From NCBI RefSeq assembly GCF_008065095.1, contig NZ_CP042911.1:3750001-3782000 (forward strand): a DNA stretch of 32,000 bases, read 5' to 3'. Of the stretch, positions 26,627 to 32,000 are shown in pieces. How positions within the stretch are numbered: the stretch's first letter is position 1; each line of letters begins with the position of its first letter. Source of the DNA: Gemmata obscuriglobus (GTDB lineage Bacteria > Planctomycetota > Planctomycetia > Gemmatales > Gemmataceae). The notes beneath the pieces are model-generated. The model searched no databases. It was not told where the DNA came from and saw only the letters and a program-made list of their open reading frames with translations. Both the position numbers and the translations under genes were made by a program.

Positions 26627-27187
26627 TTATTGTTCCAGCACTTCCTTTTCCTTTTTGTTTGCGAGGTCGTCGATCTTGCCCTCGTAAACCTTCAGCAGGT
26701 CCTGGACCTTGGCCTTGCCCTTGTCGCGGTCGTCCTCGGTCATCGTTTTGGCTTTTTCGGCGTCCTCGAAGTGCTTGTTGCCGTCGCGGCGGATGTTGCG
26801 GCACGACACCTTCGCGGACTCGGCCGACTTCTTCACCGCGGCGACGATCTTCTTGCGCTGGTCGCCGCTCATCGCCGGCATCGTGAGCCGGATCACCTTG
26901 CCGTCGTTGTTGGGCGCCAGCCCGAGGTCGCTGGACCGGATCGCCTTCTCAATTTCCTTCAGGCTCTCGGCCGCGTAGGGCTTGATGACGATGGTGGCGG
27001 CGTCCGGGCAGGTGACCGACGCCACGTCGCGGATCGGGGACATGGTGCCGTAGTTGTCCACCCGGAGCGAGTCGAGCATCTGCGGGGACGCGCGGCCGGT
27101 TCGCATCCCCTTCAGGTCGTTGCGGAACACGTCCAGCGCCTTCTCCATCCGGTCTTCCGTGTCCTTCAGAATTTGCGGTCCGCTCAT
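26627..27187 (-). CDS. frr: ribosome recycling factor
   Basis: ATG at 27187. MSGPQILKDTEDRMEKALDVFRNDLKGMRTGRASPQMLDSLRVDNYG... is full-length Frr, 186 aa. Confidence 0.95.
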   Translation of the reverse strand: MSGPQILKDTEDRMEKALDVFRNDLKGMRTGRASPQMLDSLRVDNYGTMSPIRDVASVTCPDAATIVIKPYAAESLKEIEKAIRSSDLGLAPNNDGKVIRLTMPAMSGDQRKKIVAAVKKSAESAKVSCRNIRRDGNKHFEDAEKAKTMTEDDRDKGKAKVQDLLKVYEGKIDDLANKKEKEVLEQ

Positions 27188-27289
27188 GGGGCACCCGTGG
27201 TCAGTGCGGTGGTGGTTCGTGCCCGGGCGGGCACATGGGGCTATTGTCGCAGGTCGCGAGCCGGTCGGGAAGACGGGCAGAAAGACGGG

Positions 27290-27353
27290 CCGAAGGGCTC
27301 CCCACAAAGAGGGGCCCCGCCAGCGGGAACCCTCTTTGTGGGGAGCCCTTCGG
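27290..27353. repeat. 24-bp perfect-stem hairpin between pyrH and frr (CCGAAGGGCTCCCCACAAAGAGGG / 16-nt loop / CCCTCTTTGTGGGGAGCCCTTCGG)
   Basis: Read directly. Confidence 0.85.
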
Positions 27354-27364
27354 CGAGGTCGATG

Positions 27365-28105
27365 TCACCCGGTCACGACGGTGCCGATCGGTTGGCCGCT
27401 GACGGCCTTCTCGATGGCCCCGTCCTGCCGGTAGTTGAACACGAGGATGGGCAGCTTCGCGAGGCGGCACATCTCGAAGGCGCCGATGTCCATCACCCCG
27501 AGCTGCTTCTGGATCACCTGATCGAACGTGAGCCGCTCGAACTTCTCGGCGTACTGGTTCTTCACCGGGTCGGCGTTGTACACGCCGTCCACCTTGGTGG
27601 CCTTCAGCAGCACGTCGGCCTGGAGCTCGGTGCCGCGGAGGGCGGCGGCGGTGTCGGTGGTGACGAACGGGTTGCCGGTCCCGCCGGCGAGGATCACGAT
27701 CCGGTTCTTCTCCAGGTGCCGCAGGGCGCGGCGGCGGATGTACGGCTCGGCGACCGTTTCCATGCGCACGGCCGACTGGAGCCGGGTCTCCACGCCCATC
27801 GCTTCGAGCGTGTCCTGCAGCGCGAGGCCGTTCATCACGGTCGCGAGCATCCCCATGTAGTCGGCGGTCGCGGGCCGGATCTGCTCGTCCCCTGCGGAGA
27901 ACTGGGCGCCGCGGAGCAGGTTCCCGCCCCCGATCACCACCGCCAGTTGGATGCCGCGGGCGGCGACGCGGGCGAGCTGGGCCGCGATGAGCTTGGTTTC
28001 GTCGAGGTTGATGCCGAGCTTGCCGCCGCCGAAGCCGAGGGCCTCGCCGCTGAGCTTGAGCAGGACGCGCTTGTACTTCAGAGCCGTCGGGTCGGAATCG
28101 GGCAT
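27365..28105 (-). CDS. pyrH: UMP kinase
   Basis: YKRVLLKLSGEAL...VVIGGGNLLRG...TVMNGLALQD...ILAGGTGNPFVTTDTAAALRG are the PyrH signature blocks. Confidence 0.95.
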   Translation of the reverse strand: MPDSDPTALKYKRVLLKLSGEALGFGGGKLGINLDETKLIAAQLARVAARGIQLAVVIGGGNLLRGAQFSAGDEQIRPATADYMGMLATVMNGLALQDTLEAMGVETRLQSAVRMETVAEPYIRRRALRHLEKNRIVILAGGTGNPFVTTDTAAALRGTELQADVLLKATKVDGVYNADPVKNQYAEKFERLTFDQVIQKQLGVMDIGAFEMCRLAKLPILVFNYRQDGAIEKAVSGQPIGTVVTG

Positions 28106-28189
28106 TGGTTTCGCGGGTGGCTGTGCGCACCAGCGCGGAATGCGCCGGCGCTCGCCAGTCTAAGTTACGAACGGCGGTGCGGGCCGACA

Positions 28190-28933
28190 CTACCCGACGG
28201 TGACGGCCGCGCCGAAACCCGCGCCGGCCCCGATCGCCAGCCGGAACAGCCCGAGCACCATCGCGGTCAGGATCACCCCGGCCACGATCCGCAGGAGCAG
28301 GGCGTCCTGGGTGCGGAGGAACCCGAGGCACCCGAACGCGAGCAGCACGAAACCGAACATCGTGCCGTAGCCCTCGAACACCTTCGTGCGCCGGTTCCCG
28401 ATCTCGGTGGCGCGCTTGTCCTCGTCCGCGATCTTCTTCTTCCAGAAGTACCGGTCCTCGATCTTCTTCTTCTTGTCCTCGTACTCCTTGCGCTTGTCCC
28501 CCTCCAGCTCGGCGGGGTCGCGCTTGTCGGGCGCGACCGCGTTGAGCAGCTCGCGCAGCTCGATCTGCTCCGCCAGCGCCACCTTCTTCGTGTACTCCGC
28601 GGCGCGCTCGTCGGACGGTACCGAGAGCAGCCGGAGGGAGGTGAAAAAGAGCACGACGATGATCCCCGCCCCGAACAGGACGCCCGGGACGCCCCCGACC
28701 GCGGCGAGGAGCGCCAGCGGGTCGAGCGCGGGCGGCTTGCGGCGGCGCGCCGCCGGCGTGTCGTCGAGGTCGGAACCCGAGGACTCCGCGTCGCGGGGCG
28801 GGCTGTCGTCGATGGTCAGCCCGGCCTCGGTGACGGTGAGTCGGACGCCACACTTCTTGCATTTCAGCCGCCGGCCGACGTCCTTATCGGCCACGTTGTA
28901 GAGGACGCCACAGCTCGGGCACGTGTTGTTCAT
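28190..28933 (-). CDS. zinc-ribbon (MJ0042-type CxxC...CxxC) membrane protein, hypothetical
   Basis: MNNTCPSCGVLYNVADKDVGRRLKCKKCG is followed by two or three hydrophobic segments and a Lys/Glu-rich helix. AGGAG lies upstream of the ATG at 28933. Confidence 0.7.
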   Translation of the reverse strand: MNNTCPSCGVLYNVADKDVGRRLKCKKCGVRLTVTEAGLTIDDSPPRDAESSGSDLDDTPAARRRKPPALDPLALLAAVGGVPGVLFGAGIIVVLFFTSLRLLSVPSDERAAEYTKKVALAEQIELRELLNAVAPDKRDPAELEGDKRKEYEDKKKKIEDRYFWKKKIADEDKRATEIGNRRTKVFEGYGTMFGFVLLAFGCLGFLRTQDALLLRIVAGVILTAMVLGLFRLAIGAGAGFGAAVTVG

Positions 28934-29062
28934 CGGCGCTCCTACGGGCGGGCGCGTCCGGCGCCGCGCGGGACAGTAACGGTGCGCGGATTCTAAGCAG
29001 CGCCGGACGGGGTCGCAAGCACGCGGGTACGCCGACCGCTTCGGACAACCCCGACCGCGTGC

Positions 29063-30778
29063 TCAGCGGGGCGTCTTGGCGATGTTGTCGGGCCACTCCA
29101 GGTCGCTGCCGGCTTTGGTCAGTTGCGCCTGGAAGTCGGTGAGCAGCTCCGCACTCTTGCGGACCTGGCGCGGCACCCGCTTTTTGGCGGTGCAGAACGC
29201 CACCAACTCGCCCACCGCCTCGCCGATGCTCCACTCCACCGGGTGCAGCCGGTAGCAGCCGTTCGTGATGTGCGTGGTGCCGATGTTCTTGCACGCCGGC
29301 AGCAGGTTCTCGACCCGCTCCGGGATCAGCGCGCCGAGGGGGATCTGGAAGGGCAGGGAGCTGACGTCGATGTAGTTGTCGCCGCCGGTGGACGGGTGCA
29401 GGTCGATGCGGTAGCTGCCGGTCCCGACGCTGTCCTTGAACGGCTCCGCGGCGAACTCGCCGGGCTTCTTCCCGAGGAGCTTCGCCCGCGCCTCGACGCC
29501 GACGTGCCGCTCGGTGACGGTGAACAGCGCCTTGATGCGCCGGCTCTCGCGGACGTACGGCGCCATCGCCAGCCCGTCGCCGTCGTCGGTGCCGCACACG
29601 TCGCCGCGGAGCCGGAGGCCCTTCCAGCCCTCCTTCTTGCCACCGGGGTGCGGGGCCTCGGTCTGCATCCAGTACAGCAGGCACCGGCTCAGCTCGCGGG
29701 CGGCGGCGCGGTGCCCCGCCGGGTCCGCGGTGTCGTACAGGTTGCCGAGCCAGTAATCGTTCTGGGGCCAGTTCACCAGGCACACGTCGCGGAGGCTGGC
29801 GCCGTCCTCGAAGTTATCCCGCGCGACGATCCGCCGGTAGGTCCACAGGTTCAGCCCCTTCGCGACCGGGCCGGTCGGGTCGAAGCCGACGGCGCGGGGC
29901 TTCAGGGTGACCGGGTCCGACATCTCCCATGAGAGCAGGTTGCCGGGCCACGCGGGTTGCATTTTCGGCGCGTAGTCGCGCCACCACTTGTAGCCGTCGG
30001 GCCGGTCGATGGTGTGGTCCTGGTCGGGCTCGTAGTCCAGCGCGAAGCACACGGTCGCGGCTTGGTGGTTGCCGGGGGCGGCGCGGTCCGGGGCGTGCGG
30101 CTCCCGGGTGTCGGCGCTCGATTCGGCCCCGGTGACGTGTTCGACCTTCGCGAGCGGCAGCAACTCGCCGGTCTCGGTCGCGTCCACGAAGTACGGCGCG
30201 GTGAGCGCGATCCGCGTGCCGAAGTTTTGGGCCACGCCGAGGACCGCGGTGACGGTGTCGCCGTCCGTCTCGACCCGCACCGGCACGAACGGCTGGATCA
30301 GCTTGACCCGGCCGGCGGTGATGTGTGGGGCCAGCATCTCCAGGAGCACCGCCAGCGCCACCCGCGGCTCGTGGCACAGCTTCGAGACGCTCCCGTTGCC
30401 GGGGTTGAGTCTGGGGTTCTTCGCGGCGTCTTCCGAGAGCGGGTAGTTGCGCCGGTAGAAGTCGCGGACCTTGGTGCGGAACTGGCGATAGGTTTTGGTG
30501 CTGCCGCGGTCCTCGATCCACGGGTGCTCGTCCGGCGGGACCGCCTGCGAGGTGAGCTGCCCGCCGATCCAGCCGGTCTCCTCGGTGAGCAGTACCTTCA
30601 GCCCGTTGCGGGCGGCGGCGAGCGCGCACGCGACCCCGCCCACGCCGGCCCCGACGACCACCAAATCGGCCTTCAGCTCTCGCACGGGCGGTTGCGCGGC
30701 GCCCGCTCGGGCGTGCGCGGGGAGCAGGTGGGCGAACGGGGTGAAGGCCGAGAGCGAGAGGAATCCGCGGCGGTTCAT
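29063..30778 (-). CDS. FAD-dependent oxidoreductase with Tat signal peptide
   Basis: ATG at 30778 gives MNRRGFLSLSAF (twin-arginine), followed by DLVVVGAGVGGVACALAAARNGLKVLLTEE, a Rossmann GxGxxG dinucleotide fold. The track ORF extension to 31936 is antisense to a real plus-strand gene. Confidence 0.85.
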   Translation of the reverse strand: MNRRGFLSLSAFTPFAHLLPAHARAGAAQPPVRELKADLVVVGAGVGGVACALAAARNGLKVLLTEETGWIGGQLTSQAVPPDEHPWIEDRGSTKTYRQFRTKVRDFYRRNYPLSEDAAKNPRLNPGNGSVSKLCHEPRVALAVLLEMLAPHITAGRVKLIQPFVPVRVETDGDTVTAVLGVAQNFGTRIALTAPYFVDATETGELLPLAKVEHVTGAESSADTREPHAPDRAAPGNHQAATVCFALDYEPDQDHTIDRPDGYKWWRDYAPKMQPAWPGNLLSWEMSDPVTLKPRAVGFDPTGPVAKGLNLWTYRRIVARDNFEDGASLRDVCLVNWPQNDYWLGNLYDTADPAGHRAAARELSRCLLYWMQTEAPHPGGKKEGWKGLRLRGDVCGTDDGDGLAMAPYVRESRRIKALFTVTERHVGVEARAKLLGKKPGEFAAEPFKDSVGTGSYRIDLHPSTGGDNYIDVSSLPFQIPLGALIPERVENLLPACKNIGTTHITNGCYRLHPVEWSIGEAVGELVAFCTAKKRVPRQVRKSAELLTDFQAQLTKAGSDLEWPDNIAKTPR

Positions 30779-30937
30779 TTCGTCGGCTCCGGGGAACGGG
30801 GTACCCCAAGGTATCGGCTCGTCGGGCGTCGCGAAAGCACCCCCAGCCGCCCGCGCGAATGCCATTGCTGCCCGGAAGGTGCAGGGGTACGCTACAGCCG
30901 GGATCGACTTCTGTTCACGCCCGTCGCGGACTCGCTC

Positions 30938-31888
30938 ATGAAACTCTCCTTCAGCCCGCTGCAACTGCTCAGCCCGGTGCAACTCATCTTCTGCTTGATC
31001 CTGTTCTTCCTCCCGTGGATCGAGCTCTCGTGTACGCTCCCGCCGGATGTGGCCAAGAACGCGCCGCCCGGCGAACTGGAAAAGCTGAAAAAGGATACGG
31101 GGATCGATCCGTCCAGGCCCATCCGCATGTACACCCAGAGCGGGCTCCAGATCGCCACCGGTGACGTTTCCGTGTCGCCGGATTTTGAGAAGGGTGTTGA
31201 GCGCGTGAGGGGCGGTGCTGGTGCCGGACCCGGTCCCAAGTTCGGTCCGGACCCTTCCAACAAGGCCGACGGCCAGACCGCGCCGCTGCTGTTCCTCTTT
31301 CCGGTCGCGCTTCTCGCCGGGATCGTGATCGGGTTCGTCCCGTGGCCGCACCTCGCCCGGCGGCTGGTTCTGGTCGTGTGCTGCCTGGGGGCGATGGGCA
31401 TCGTCGGCGCGCACGCGGCCATCGGGTTCCCGCTCGAGAAGGAGATCGCGAAGCAGAAAGAGAAAATGAAGGGGGGCGGCGCGTTCGGGGCCGCGCCCGG
31501 TGCGAAGGCGGCTCCGGGCACGGCCGGCGAGCCGGAGGTGTTTCGGGTCCGGTGGCAGATCCCCCTGTACCTGACGCTCATACTGCTGCTCGGCGCCGCC
31601 GGCACCGCGTTCCTCGACGCCGGCCTGACCGCGAAGAAGAAGCCGAAGCGCCGGTACCGTGCGGACGAGGAGTACGAAGACGATGAGGAGGAAGAAGAAC
31701 GGCCGCGGAAGCGGCGGCCGAAGGCGGTAGACGAAGACGAGGACGAGCGCCCCGCCCGTAAGCCGAAATTCGAGGTGGTGGACGAAGACGAGGACGAGCC
31801 GCCGCGAAAGAGGCCGAAGCCCCGGCGGCGGGACGAGGACGAGGATGACGACCGGCCCCGACGGTCGCGCCGGCGCGACGACGATTAA
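30938..31888 (+). CDS. multi-pass membrane protein with long alternating acidic/basic C-terminal tail (hypothetical)
   Basis: The ATG at 30938 is in frame within track ORF 29957..31888. The protein starts MKLSFSPLQLLSPVQLIFCLILFFLPWIE, has three more hydrophobic segments, and ends in the tail DEEYEDDEEEEERPRKRRPK...DEDEDDDRPRRSRRRDDD. Confidence 0.7.
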   Translation: MKLSFSPLQLLSPVQLIFCLILFFLPWIELSCTLPPDVAKNAPPGELEKLKKDTGIDPSRPIRMYTQSGLQIATGDVSVSPDFEKGVERVRGGAGAGPGPKFGPDPSNKADGQTAPLLFLFPVALLAGIVIGFVPWPHLARRLVLVVCCLGAMGIVGAHAAIGFPLEKEIAKQKEKMKGGGAFGAAPGAKAAPGTAGEPEVFRVRWQIPLYLTLILLLGAAGTAFLDAGLTAKKKPKRRYRADEEYEDDEEEEERPRKRRPKAVDEDEDERPARKPKFEVVDEDEDEPPRKRPKPRRRDEDEDDDRPRRSRRRDDD

Positions 31889-31894
31889 CCGCGC

Positions 31895-31934
31895 GAGCCC
31901 CGGGAGCAGGCATCCGAACCTGTTCCCGGGGCTC
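31895..31934. terminator. 16-bp stem hairpin between convergent genes (GAGCCCCGGGAGCAGG / CATCCGAA / CCTGTTCCCGGGGCTC)
   Basis: Read directly, with one mismatch in the stem. Confidence 0.45.
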
Positions 31935-31955
31935 ATGCGTTTTGTGCGGCGCGTC

Positions 31956-32000
31956 TCAGTCCTCGCGCTTGGCGTCGGCGATGCTCTTGATCTTTTCGCC
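31956..32000 (-). CDS. 3' end of an unidentified minus-strand gene (...GEKIKSIADAKRED-stop), continues beyond the window
   Basis: The frame is open from the right edge to TGA at 31958-31956, and its codon bias is consistent with coding. It is too short to identify. Confidence 0.3.
   Translation of the reverse strand, partial: GEKIKSIADAKRED

Noticed and set aside
30779-31936. N-terminal extension of the 957-aa minus ORF (29063..31936), and the first 327 codons of the plus ORF 29957..31888
   Set aside because: The FAD oxidoreductase has a clear Tat signal start at ATG 30778. The upstream extension is antisense to the membrane-protein gene 30938..31888. Conversely, the plus ORF upstream of 30938 is antisense to the oxidoreductase.

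Overview
High-G+C bacterial chromosome segment, about two-thirds G+C by eye. The gene content looks Planctomycetota/Gemmataceae-like: a WD40 protein, a DUF11-repeat protein, Pro-rich envelope proteins and very long intergenic palindromes. This taxonomic call is an inference. Recognisable core genes are carB (partial, not in the ORF track), a MazG-like NTP pyrophosphohydrolase, a RimI-like GNAT, cmk-plsC, a TIM-barrel sugar-phosphate isomerase/epimerase, ispD, a DUF2293 protein, a thioredoxin-like [2Fe-2S] ferredoxin, a P2-type (Ca2+-ATPase-like) P-type ATPase, frr, pyrH and a Tat-signal FAD oxidoreductase. Most of the very long ORFs in the track (for example 3665..8632 minus, 1655 aa) are antisense or out-of-frame artefacts of the high G+C. 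The unusual part is about 16.6-22.9 kb, where composition drops in blocks. This stretch holds an orphan patatin-like phospholipase flanked by AT-rich non-coding DNA. It also holds a low-G+C two-gene module on the minus strand: a PT-linker protein followed by an SD-coupled small BamE/SmpA-OmlA-like protein. A single-ORF IS66-family element splits that module. The IS ends, imperfect inverted repeats and exact 8-bp target duplication can be read directly, and in-silico excision restores one 434-codon ORF. A multiply frameshifted gene remnant lies next to it. The window also has several families of long palindromic intergenic elements: two inverted copies bracket ispD, one is a nested double-hairpin palindrome, and there is a 3 x 22-bp tandem motif. 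I found no rRNA, tRNA or CRISPR array. I found no complete, recognisable multi-gene defence system. The patatin gene and the IS-disrupted module are the best candidates for something undescribed, but their function is not established by the sequence.
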